A stretch of DNA of 62,554 bases, filler included, from Stramenopiles sp. TOSAG23-6 (Eukaryota): NCBI GenBank assembly GCA_900128565.1. It is 21 parts of 21 records of this genome, joined end to end, with 100 filler letters (N's around TTAATTAATTAA, not from the genome) between each part and the next. Parts side by side here need not be neighbours in the genome. Positions count along the whole stretch, not along the records: positions 47,771 to 50,649 come from LT637773.1; positions 50,750 to 53,627 come from LT637774.1; positions 53,728 to 56,604 come from LT637775.1; positions 56,705 to 59,581 come from LT637776.1; positions 59,682 to 62,554 come from LT637777.1; 16 more parts are not named here. One strand, given 5' to 3'. This document shows, one piece after another, positions 50,063-60,571 of this stretch (the first letter of the stretch is position 1; every line of letters begins with the position of its first letter). A program made the position numbers and the translations under genes. Below the pieces are notes generated by a model, which saw nothing but the letters and a program-made list of their open reading frames with translations, ran no database searches and was not told the DNA's origin.

Positions 50063-50814
50063 CCCTAATAACAGAAACAGAAAAAGATATTGGTTTATTG
50101 AATGTAATGAATAGTAAGAAGAGTCATCTATTGAGCGCACATTGTTAGTGTTACATATTATTCATTTTCCACTGGTTCATTCAGTAAATATTGACTTTTT
50201 AAATATAACTTATATTTAGTTGGTGCAACACCTTGATTGAATATAAAACATATTATCTGCCTTTTTTTTTTAATACATTTATATTATATATATCGCATGA
50301 TATTCGATTATATTACACACAATTACCCGCTGGCAACTAATCGAAGCAAATTTAAAAATCAGTTCTACAATGATATTACATTGGATGAATTTATCAAGCT
50401 GATTTCAATGCCACCACGTCATAAGCAAATTAAAGTGAGTAAGATACAAAGAGCTAAGAATATAGGACATGAAGCCAAGTATTCTAAAATTTCAAAATTT
50501 CAAATTTTAGAATACTGGTAGAAATCGCTGCAGCGGAGCTTACTTCCCGTAAACGGAAGTATCCCTATTAAACTGTAGAAGTTTTAAAAAAATGAAAAAC
50601 ATTTACTACATCATTTACATTCTTTTATTTTTTTCTACGTTTGGGTGGANNNNNNNNNNNNNNNNNNNNNNNNNNNNNNNNNNNNNNNNNNNNTTAATTA
50701 ATTAANNNNNNNNNNNNNNNNNNNNNNNNNNNNNNNNNNNNNNNNNNNNACATTTGTTAGGTACAAAATTGCGTACGAAAAATAAATTCGAAATTGAAAA
50801 AAAATAAAACGTAC

Positions 50815-52117
50815 ATCCTCATCCGCACTCTGGGCTCTATTCTGTTTATCTTCCACATCACTAGGACATGGTGATGGAGCTCTACTGTCTTCTCCAGTGC
50901 GGCCAGCAAGATCAAAACTACTTGTAGAAGTACAGTGAAAAAATAATATGTATTGTGAAAAAATATTTTTTTTGTAAAATTTGTTAGGTACCAAATTTCG
51001 TACGAAAAAATAAATAAATTCGAAATTGAAAAAAAAATAAAACGTATATTCGATTCAATCCTCGATTGAAAAAAAAATAGTTAAACGACCATAGGCAAGG
51101 AATACCACAATGATGGCTCAGAGGATCTTGTTCCATGTCAGCTAGATAACGATATACCTCGCATTCTTTAACACCTATTGCATCATCAATAGCCTTCCAG
51201 AGTTTAGGCATGTATCGTAAAAAATATTCTTTTTTTTTTANTAAAAATCGTTAAGTACAAATTCTTTTTTTTTTCTACGACAAAAACAATTTAGGTAAAA
51301 AATTGATGTTGAAAACGTACATGAATTCGCTGTTTCGATTAACCAGTGCTAACTTTTGCATTTGGTTGTTAATGTCAGAACATGCAATTTGATATCCAGA
51401 AATTTTCTCAAAGTTATCTGAAGTAAGGCATGAAAAGTCATAATCAAGATTTTCAAAAGTTGCATTTAAGCACTGTACAAGATAAGCAAGAGTTTTATGA
51501 GTGCTGGGTAACGACATGGGTCCTAGTGACGACTCATTTATTTTGCGGAAATATGTTACATTCGAGATTTGTTAGGTATGAAATTTTTTATGAAAAATAA
51601 ATAAATTTGAGGTGATGAAAACATACACTTTGAGTTTCTTCTGGAGGTACTTCTCCTGTCTCCCGTTTGTACATTTCTTGACGATCCTTTTCCTCACTTG
51701 CTTCACGAACATATTGCTTCCGAAGTTTCTTCAAGAGTTTTTTATCCTCGCCTGTAATTTTAATATGAAAATAAGTAAGAAATTGTTACTACATTGTGTC
51801 TCACTAGTGCGCTACAAAAAGAGATGAAAATGTGGTATTGAACCGAGAAGTTCAAAAAGTGTTCCCGTTGGAACTAATAGGATGGGTTGAATGATACACA
51901 GTCGCATAAATAACGAGAGCGGTACCATTAATGAATAATTCATCAAATAGAAGAATCAAGAATCTTGGAAAAGAAAAGAAAGTACGAAGAATAATTACTT
52001 ACCTGCTGCTTTACATGAGAACGCCTCTGCTTGCCCGTTCCATACTTCGTTGCCAACGATACAATCCTGTAAATACGTCGTGGCCCACGCCAATGTAGGA
52101 TTCTGTAAATACTTCAT
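50815..52117 (-). CDS. MAF1: RNA polymerase III repressor MAF1, 3'-partial; canonical intron 51752-52002; family introns 51536-51626, 51210-51320, 50948-51047 and one starting at 50814
   Basis: MKYLQ..EAFSCKAAG|EDKKL, LGPMS..KTLAYLVQCLNATF..DYDFS, LWKAID..ECEVY, LWSFNYFFFNRGLNRI|LFF. Confidence 0.92.
50948..51047 (-). other. Non-canonical family intron, AT...AT
   Basis: CGA AT|ATACGTTTT...TTCGTACGAAATTTGGTACCTAAC...TTCACAATACAT|A TTA TTT restores the MAF1 motif RILFF. Confidence 0.87.
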
Positions 52118-52477
52118 TGATTATTTGCTATTGATTGATGAAATAAGCGGAAACTCAAAGTAATCTAATTGTGTTCAAATTGAATTTATAGAAGCTACAC
52201 GAATAACAACAACAACAAAGAGTGGCTCAAAAAATAGTGTCTCTTTTGTTTTGTTCGAGCCTCGCCTTTCGCTTTTCGTTTTCATTTCGTGTTTTTTGTG
52301 GCGCGTACTGCGCGTCGCGTCAGTTAATTTTGCTAAAGAAAGCTGTTACAAAAGAAAACTTAATGTATATATATAGCTAGTACCTACCTCACATTAACTA
52401 GCTGCAATATAGAATAGTACAGTTAATCTTTGCATATTTTATACCTTTAAGTGGATTTTATTGGACAAAAGAAAATA

Positions 52478-53527
52478 ATGTCAAGAAGCAACAATGAACA
52501 ATACAACTTAATTGATTCAATAGAAGCGCCAAGGTCAATAATCGAGACAAGTGAAGAATCCAACAGTGTAACGAGTTATAGTGAAAGTGAAGAAGTCTTC
52601 AATGACCTGGATGTCTCTGGGACACCAATGACATATTCGTTCACAAGCGAAGCAAAAAAAAGAATATCCACGTATAAAGAAATTGAACTTCACAAATTTG
52701 ACAATAAACGCCTACAAAAAAGAAATCGAAGTCTTGAGATCAATAACCCAAATCGAGAAGGTAGTCAAGAAGGTAGTCAAGAAAGCAATCTATATCGAGA
52801 AAATCATGGCGAAGGCTATAGTTACTCCTTTGGAAATAACAACGATATACACGGTGGATCTAGAATAAGACGCATTATTTTACTATTCTTATTCGCTCTT
52901 TGTGGTTTTGTTTTAGGTGTTTGGATTTCAATAGATATAGAAGGTTTTGGCTGGGATAATCAGAAAAATTCAAAGGAAATTCTTGAGTCTTCCTCAAAAG
53001 TGAATAAACTCAATGAAAAATTGAAACGGGAAAAAGAAAAACAGTTTCTTGCAGCAAAGAAAGAAAACTCGGAGTGTACATCTAGACTAACATCGACAAA
53101 TGAAGCATATAATGGAACCCGTGAATCACTGGAAAAAGAACAAAATATTTCAAGTCAATTACGAATTGACAATGTGCGTTGTTTCAAAATTGAATTTTCG
53201 CATTTATTGTTTTTTTTTAATAGAAAATTTTGTACCTAACGATTTTTTTACAAAAAAAAAAATATTTTTTCACAATACTTGAAGATTGTACGTCACAAAA
53301 AGATAAATGTCAAAGTCGATTGAGTACTTTTTCATCATAAATTTAAATTTATTTACTTTTTCGTACGAAATTTTGTACCTAAAACAAATTGTAAAAACTT
53401 AACAAACTTTGAATTTGACGTATTATTTTCCAAACATGCACACAAAAGGCAACTTTGTCTTCTCGTATTCAAGATATTGATGATTTAGAATTGTCAGTGG
53501 ATGCCTTGACAAAGAGTAAAGATGCAT
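52478..53527 (+). CDS. Type II membrane coiled-coil protein, 3'-partial; introns 53174-53280 (GT...TT) and 53324-53437 (GT...AT)
   Basis: Single TM segment (IILLFLFALCGFVLGVWISI) followed by a heptad-rich region that continues in frame after splicing. Confidence 0.6.
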
Positions 53528-53729
53528 GTATGTTTTACTTTTTTTCAAATTCGAAATTTTTTTTCGTACGCAATTTTGTACCTAACAAATTTTAGTTTTT
53601 TTTTTTTTGAAATATTTTTCCAAAATANNNNNNNNNNNNNNNNNNNNNNNNNNNNNNNNNNNNNNNNNNNNTTAATTAATTAANNNNNNNNNNNNNNNNN
53701 NNNNNNNNNNNNNNNNNNNNNNNNNNNCA

Positions 53730-54011
53730 GAATCACACGAATCGTTCTGTATTGGTAGAGCTATCAACACGTCCAATTTACAGTCTACTGGACAAAATGT
53801 ATGCATTGCTGGCTGCTACAGCGCGGAAGCAGCTGGCCAAGTTGCTTGTGCCGCTGAAGTTGTTGGTGAACCAGAATGTTCTATTGGTGTCGGTGTGGCT
53901 GCTGAAGCATGCAAAGCAGCATGTGAACGAATTACTGCTAACGAAACTCTGAGATTGAAAAGAGAGAGAGACTTTTCAAATGGGCAAATGGATCTTTATG
54001 CTGATTCTTAA
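53730..54011 (+). CDS. Small Cys/Ala-rich protein, 5'-partial (frame not in the ORF track)
   Basis: Open frame ..VCIAGCYSAEAAGQVACAAEVVGEPECSIGVGVAAEACKAACERIT.. ending at TAA. Confidence 0.45.
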   Translation, partial: ESHESFCIGRAINTSNLQSTGQNVCIAGCYSAEAAGQVACAAEVVGEPECSIGVGVAAEACKAACERITANETLRLKRERDFSNGQMDLYADS

Positions 54012-54274
54012 GGGCACGGCTTATTTGGAAAATAGTAATCTGATCAGCTGGCAGGTAAAAATGTAACTCTAACACGTATAAATAAAATGTATGTGTACCA
54101 GAAATGTTTTTAAAAATTACTATTTTATGTGTTTACCAAAAATGTTTTTAAAAATCATTTCTTTTTGATAATTACTATTTTATATGTTTCATTGAAATGG
54201 TGGAACAATACAGTGAGATATTGAATGAAACTCTTTTTATTATCCTACGTATACATGTATATATTAAAATGTTT

Positions 54275-55246
54275 TCATAACCTGATGTTTTGATAACCTG
54301 GTGCTTTTACCTCTTTTAACCATTGTAATACTTCAAATTGATTAGTTTCAGCTGCCTTTTCACATACATTTTCATTCCATGGACAAGGTGGATTTTGACT
54401 CCTTACCCATTGTAATATTTCCAAGTGACCATTTCGAGCTGTCCAGGTACACGTCCACTCATTCCAAGGACAAGGTGGATTTTGACTTCTCATCCATTGT
54501 AATATTTTCAAGTTACCAGATCTAGCTGCTCTCCAGCACGTATATTCATCCCATGGACAAGGTGGATTTTGACTCCTCAACCATTGTAATACTTCTAAGT
54601 GACCGTATTCAGCTGCATTACCACATATTAAATCTTCATCCCATGGGCAAGGTGGATTTTGACTCCTTATCCATTTCAATACTTTTAAGTGACCATTTTT
54701 AGCTGCAATACGACACGTCAAAACATTCCAAGGACAAGGTGGATTTTGACTTCTCAACCATTGTAATACTTTTAAGTGACCATTTTGAGCTGCATATTCA
54801 CAAATATCTCCACCCCTTGGACAAGGTGGATTTTGACTTCTCAACCATTTTAATACTTCTAAGTGGCCATTTTCTGCTGCACTATAACATGAGCGTCTAT
54901 CCCATGGGCAAGGTGGATTTTGACTTCTTAACCATTGTAATACTTTTAGGTGACCATGACTCGCTGCCCACTGGCAAGTATTTTGATTCCACGGACAAGG
55001 TGGGTTCTGACTTCTCAACCATTCTAATCCGTCTAAGCGGCCATGCTTAGCTGTTTCAGTACAAGTTACGCTACCCCAATCAACACTAACCAGCCAAGGT
55101 CGGTTCTCGTCCTTTGACACAAGTCTCCCAGAAAGTCTATCTTTCAGAGTTAAATAGCTCACAATCAAAACTGCGGGGCCTAACCCACTGAATACTCTTT
55201 GAAGAATCTCTTCTTGATGTTGTGTTCTTTCTTGATTTGTAGACAT
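54275..55246 (-). CDS. Ankyrin-repeat protein of the GHLEVLKWLRxxxCPWD type, with F-box-like N-terminus
   Basis: About 9 near-identical ~29-aa repeats; intronless. Confidence 0.88.
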   Translation of the reverse strand: MSTNQERTQHQEEILQRVFSGLGPAVLIVSYLTLKDRLSGRLVSKDENRPWLVSVDWGSVTCTETAKHGRLDGLEWLRSQNPPCPWNQNTCQWAASHGHLKVLQWLRSQNPPCPWDRRSCYSAAENGHLEVLKWLRSQNPPCPRGGDICEYAAQNGHLKVLQWLRSQNPPCPWNVLTCRIAAKNGHLKVLKWIRSQNPPCPWDEDLICGNAAEYGHLEVLQWLRSQNPPCPWDEYTCWRAARSGNLKILQWMRSQNPPCPWNEWTCTWTARNGHLEILQWVRSQNPPCPWNENVCEKAAETNQFEVLQWLKEVKAPGYQNIRL

Positions 55247-55515
55247 TTTCCTCCTTGTAAGAAACAAATATAAAGATATACTAGTACAGTAGTTTTAAAT
55301 TTTCTGAAATTCTGAGTGTGATTTGAGATTTTGACAGAAAAAATAGCAAAATTCACGTAACTGTGTAAACTGTCGTCGTGTGTCGTGTGTGGACATTAAT
55401 TACAACTTATATCCAAATGTCTCGCGTACTAGTTCTACTACTTATAAACCGTTCGTGTAGTTTATATCTATTGGTAGTTGTACATTTGCTATTACTTAAT
55501 TAATTGACTGTTTAC

Positions 55516-56297
55516 ATGATGACTAGTTACATTCTTTCTACATCTCGACTGTCAAGGTTCATGTATACTGCAAAACGTGTGCAAAATAAGACGTTTCTTG
55601 AAAAAAAAAGTCATTTTTCTAGATTTTCATCGAGTCACAGTTTCCATCAAACGTTTTTGTTTTCAACATCCAACGCCAAAAATACCAAAAAAAAAGTACC
55701 TAGTACCATTATATCAATATTACGTATTGCTACTGGAGTATCATTACCTTTAGGTGGAATATATTTCATAACAAAGCCACCAAATTGTTCAGAAGCAATG
55801 TGGTTTACTCCAAAGGGGCAATGCTTCTGGTCATATAAAAATGTAGATGAACAAACAAAACAATTTGAAGAAAAGTATACACAAGGCGATACAATTCTTG
55901 GTACTGGTGCTTATGGTACCGTATATACTTGTGTAGATAATACAACTGGGCACGAATGTGCCGTCAAAATCATTCACAAAGAAAATATGTATGTTTTATT
56001 TTTTTTTTTTCGGTAAAAAAAAAATCCAAAATTTTTTTCGTAGGAAATTTTGTACCTATTTTTTATTTTTTTTTAGAAAATACCTAACCAAAAAAAACAA
56101 AAAAACATTTTTTTTTAATTTTCACAATATAGATGATGCACACGAAATATTTATTCAAGCGAATGATGCACTTCGATATATTTCCTCCTTAGATATTGTT
56201 CATTGCGATATAAAACCTGAAAATTTACTCATCACTGCACGAAATAAAAATGGAAAAATAAAATTGGCTGATTTTGGATGTGCTTTTATAGAAGTAT

Positions 56298-56331
<34 letters not shown>

Positions 56332-56574
56332 TACAAAATATTTTTTTCGTACGTAATTTTGTACCTAACCAAAAAAAACAAAAAAACATTTTTTTTTAAT
56401 TTTCACAATATAGATGATGCACACGAAATATTTATTCAAGCGAATGATGCACTTCGATATATTTCCTCCTTAGATATTGTTCATTGCGATATAAAACCTG
56501 AAAATTTACTCATCACTGCACGAAATAAAAATGGAAAAATAAAATTGGCTGATTTTGGATGTGCTTTTATAGAA
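55516..56574 (+). CDS. CAMK-like Ser/Thr protein kinase, partial, probably mis-assembled (catalytic exon duplicated, subdomains III-V missing)
   Basis: LGTGAYGTV and AVKII; HCDIKPEN and DFG occur twice. Confidence 0.75.
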
Positions 56575-56769
56575 GTATGTTTTTTTTTTTTTTTTTTTTT
56601 TTTTNNNNNNNNNNNNNNNNNNNNNNNNNNNNNNNNNNNNNNNNNNNNTTAATTAATTAANNNNNNNNNNNNNNNNNNNNNNNNNNNNNNNNNNNNNNNN
56701 NNNNAAAAAAAAAAAAAAATTTGTAAAAAAAAAAAAAAAAATTCTGACTTTTGATGAAAACCAACATGC

Positions 56770-57476
56770 AATTTGAGATAGACACTGTACACAAACCCCT
56801 GGCACAAAGACCATGGACACCCGCACCTATTATATGACAATCATTCATTGTTACTTTTGACTTACCAAAACAAACGACAGACGACCGACCGGTATTTTGA
56901 ATGACACAAGTATTGTGAAGAAATATTTCAAAAAAAAATCTAAAAAAATTTGTTAGGTACGAAATGTCGTATGAAAACCAAAAAAAAAAAAAAATTAAAT
57001 TAGAAATTCATATAAAACATATAAAACATACAAGAACGTAACAAAATTGACCCTTTTTGAACAGTCCAACAACCAAATCCAAATATACTATGCATAATAC
57101 AATTCACCATATGAACATTACTTTTACCTCTACAGAGAATACAACTTCCAATTTGTCGCTTATTCTCACTTTTTAACAAGTGTTTGAGTGATAATTTTTG
57201 TAAAAAAAGGGATGACTTATTATCGACGATGAAAAAACTATGAAGTGAATCAGATTGAATAACAACTCCTTGGTCACCAACTATGCGTAGCACTTGTCTG
57301 GCTTTTAAGGATATCTTTTCTGAAAGAATGATTTGAGTGAATGCTTTGATTTTTATAGTTTTTCCAGATAAAATGGCTAACTGACATTGTTTTTCAAAAC
57401 TACTATTGCATGAGCTTTCAAAATGTAAAATACCTTTGGATAATTGGTTTACGTTGTCAACAATATCTTTAGACAT
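56770..57476 (-). CDS. Hypothetical right-handed beta-helix-like protein, 3'-partial; intron 56908-57031 (GT...TT)
   Basis: Periodic beta-strand/Cys pattern; RSC|VIQNTGRSSVVCFG in frame. Confidence 0.55.
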
Positions 57477-57901
57477 GATTCATTCTTTATAACTAGTCAA
57501 ATGTAAGATATTATGTTTTTCTAAATGATGAGAATATTTATGAGATCATACGTAATTCATCCTATATAATACTATCCTATTTCATATGTACCAGTTGTAG
57601 GCCTATACTGGAAAAATATAATTTATTGAAAAGAAAACATAAGAGTTGATTTTTTTTGATTTGATTGTTTTTTGACTCGTGTCATCGTCATCGCGTGCGT
57701 TGGAAATTTCAAATTGGAAACGCGAATTTAACCGCCGCCTTCCCAAAAATCCCACTCACCTCTGCTAGCTACTATATAAAACGAACAGAAAAGACGTAAA
57801 GTAGCTCAGTTCTACATTGTATACATTTCATGTACAGTATCATGTTCACTATTTATCTATCGATATTTCAAAACTAAACATTTGATTACTGTCAAGCAAG
57901 A

Positions 57902-59056
57902 ATGAGCTCCATGTTAAATGTCTCTACGTCGTTACGCTACCCTAGTGAACCTTCGTATGAAGAACAACTACGTTTGATGGAGTTATATATTCCGACAACG
58001 AGGGATTACTGGACGTTAAAAAGAGCAGTGAAAGATGAAATCATTAAACCAGGATATTCTTCTGCTGATATATCCGATATTCTTCGTGATCTTTTGAGCC
58101 GAATGGGTATTGAAGAACAATTGAAACATATTGTACAAAAACATCATCAACGAGCTTTAGAAAGAACATGTACTGTATCTCTTGATAGGCCACCACCCAT
58201 ACCACAAGTAAGAGAAGCACATCGTTCCATTGAAGCGGCACAGTATACATTTGAGCAAAAAACACTATCTAATCTCAAGAGTCTCCTGAAAGGAAATATG
58301 CCAATCGTTATAAGTCCATATTTTACAAAAAGTAAAGAGACATTAGACAATTCTGAGAAAACTAAGAAAACGCCTAACCCTAACCCTACAGATGTATATA
58401 GTGAGCAAAGAGACATCAAAATCAAAAAAAGCAAAAGTGGCTATATTCAGAAAAACAAATATAGATTCAATTATATAATTGATCCTAACAATATTTTACA
58501 AGAAAATCAAAAAAATGTATGTTTTCATTATGAATTTCAAATTTAATTTTTTTTTTTTTGAAATAGTATGAAATTTTCATAGAAAACAAAAACAAAAAAA
58601 ACAAAAAAAATTTCAAAGCAAATATTTTTTTTTTTCATCAATATCGAATTTCTATTTTTTTTCACAATATATACACCATCAGTGCATGTTGATACAAAAC
58701 ATTCAACTGTTCATTCAAATGTTCATTCAAATGAAAATATACAACAACAAAAAAATATTTTGTTTAATTCTGCTGAATTTCTAGAAACTTTGGTATCAAT
58801 ACAATGTATAAATAATTGTCCATCTCAATCAAATACAATACAAAACATGGATAACAGAAACCCTAACCCTAAGAACTCTAAGAACACTAATGGTGATGAT
58901 GCTCAAAAAAACAATATTGAAAATTATAAAACAGATTTTCGATCAGCACCAAAAGATTTTGCTCTTATTCAAATACTTTTAGATACACCTAATATGAAAG
59001 AATACGTTTTCATTATTTCATTTTTTTTAATACGAAATTTTGTACCGAAACAAAAC

Positions 59057-59091
<35 letters not shown>

Positions 59092-59528
59092 AAAATTTTT
59101 TTTTTTNNNNNNNNNNNNNNNNNNNNNNNNNNNNNNNNNNNNNNNNNNNNNNNNNNNNNNNNNNNNNNNNNNNNNNNNNNNNNNNNNNNNNNNNNNNNNN
59201 NNNNNNNNNNNNNNNNNNNNNNNNNNNNNNNNNNNNNNNNNNNNNNNNNNNNNNNNNNNNNNNNNNNNNNNNNNNNNNNNNNNNNNNNNNNNNNNNNNNN
59301 NNNNNNNNNNNNNNNNNNNNNNNNTTTTTTTATAGGAAATTTTTTCCCTAACAAAAAAAAAAAATTTACCAAAAAAAAAAAAAAAAAAAATTGTATATAT
59401 ATATATTTCACATTACATGTGGATCAACTATGTTATTAGAATACTCCAAAAGTGGCATTCCACAATGTTTACGATATCGTATTTGGTATAAGATTCTTAA
59501 TGGAATTGTGAAACCGACAAAACAGTTT
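57902..59528 (+). CDS. TBC1D19: TBC1D19-like Rab-GAP, 3'-partial; intron 58517-58672 and others
   Basis: AQYTFEQKTLSNLKSL, EFLETLVSI, ALIQILLDTPNMKE and downstream exon SKSGIPQCLRYRIW (TBC motif A). Confidence 0.7.
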
Positions 59529-59725
59529 GTATGTTTTATATGAATTTCTAATTTAATTTTTTTTTTGGTTTTCATACGAAANNNNNNNNNNNNNNNNNNN
59601 NNNNNNNNNNNNNNNNNNNNNNNNNTTAATTAATTAANNNNNNNNNNNNNNNNNNNNNNNNNNNNNNNNNNNNNNNNNNNNGAATTCTACAGCCATACTA
59701 ATAACAATAATAACAATTAATTGGT

Positions 59726-60169
59726 TTAAGCTGGTTTAAGCTGTCTCCCATCACCGTTTTCAATAGGTTTAGTTGGACACGGGGAACCATTTCTAGTAAT
59801 TTTCCATGTATTTGTGTGCTTTCCACCCGTTGGCGTAGGACCACAACTCCCGACTTTTAATTTTAAATTCTTCAGTTGTTCATCTTCTTTTTCAAATTTA
59901 GCAACTGTGTAAGTATGCGTAGTTTCTCCAGCACCCGCAGTCATTTCCGCCCCTGGACTACTTCCGACATTGTGGATATAACTTGCTCCTCCTTGACAAG
60001 CGTCTGCATCCCAAATAATCTGTCGGGGTTGAACATTAGTTGCTGTTATTGGTCCTTGGCAACAATTCGTTTTGCAGTCTTTTTCTATATTTTGAAGCGT
60101 CATATTCAGAGCACTCCCTGAAATTGCAAGAAGTGAACTCATGATGTAATAGAAACTCAGATTAGACAT
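59726..60169 (-). CDS. Small secreted Cys-containing hypothetical protein
   Basis: 147-aa intronless ORF with signal-peptide-like N-terminus. Confidence 0.55.
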   Translation of the reverse strand: MSNLSFYYIMSSLLAISGSALNMTLQNIEKDCKTNCCQGPITATNVQPRQIIWDADACQGGASYIHNVGSSPGAEMTAGAGETTHTYTVAKFEKEDEQLKNLKLKVGSCGPTPTGGKHTNTWKITRNGSPCPTKPIENGDGRQLKPA

Positions 60170-60571
60170 GTTTATCTAAATATTATACAGGTGTTGTATT
60201 GGTACTCTTATAAATAAAAGAGTGTCGAATGATCTAGCTAGATCGGATCGTTCCTCCTATATAGGGGCCAGTACCACCGATATACCGTACCGGAACAAAA
60301 GTAACTGACCAACCAAACTTAGCTAAATTTTATTTTGATAAAAATGATTTATTTTTAGTTATTGATAATTTGATATGATTTGATTACGTAATACGATTTA
60401 TTTTGATAAATTTGAGCATTAAAAAAAAAAATTCAATGTTCTTAATTATTTTATATGCATATTGTGAGAGTTCAAGTATATACGCCAAATATATACTATT
60501 TGATTTCAAAAACCTTAAAAATATTTCAAAATAATCATTTTATAAAAAAAACCATCAATTAATTATTCATC

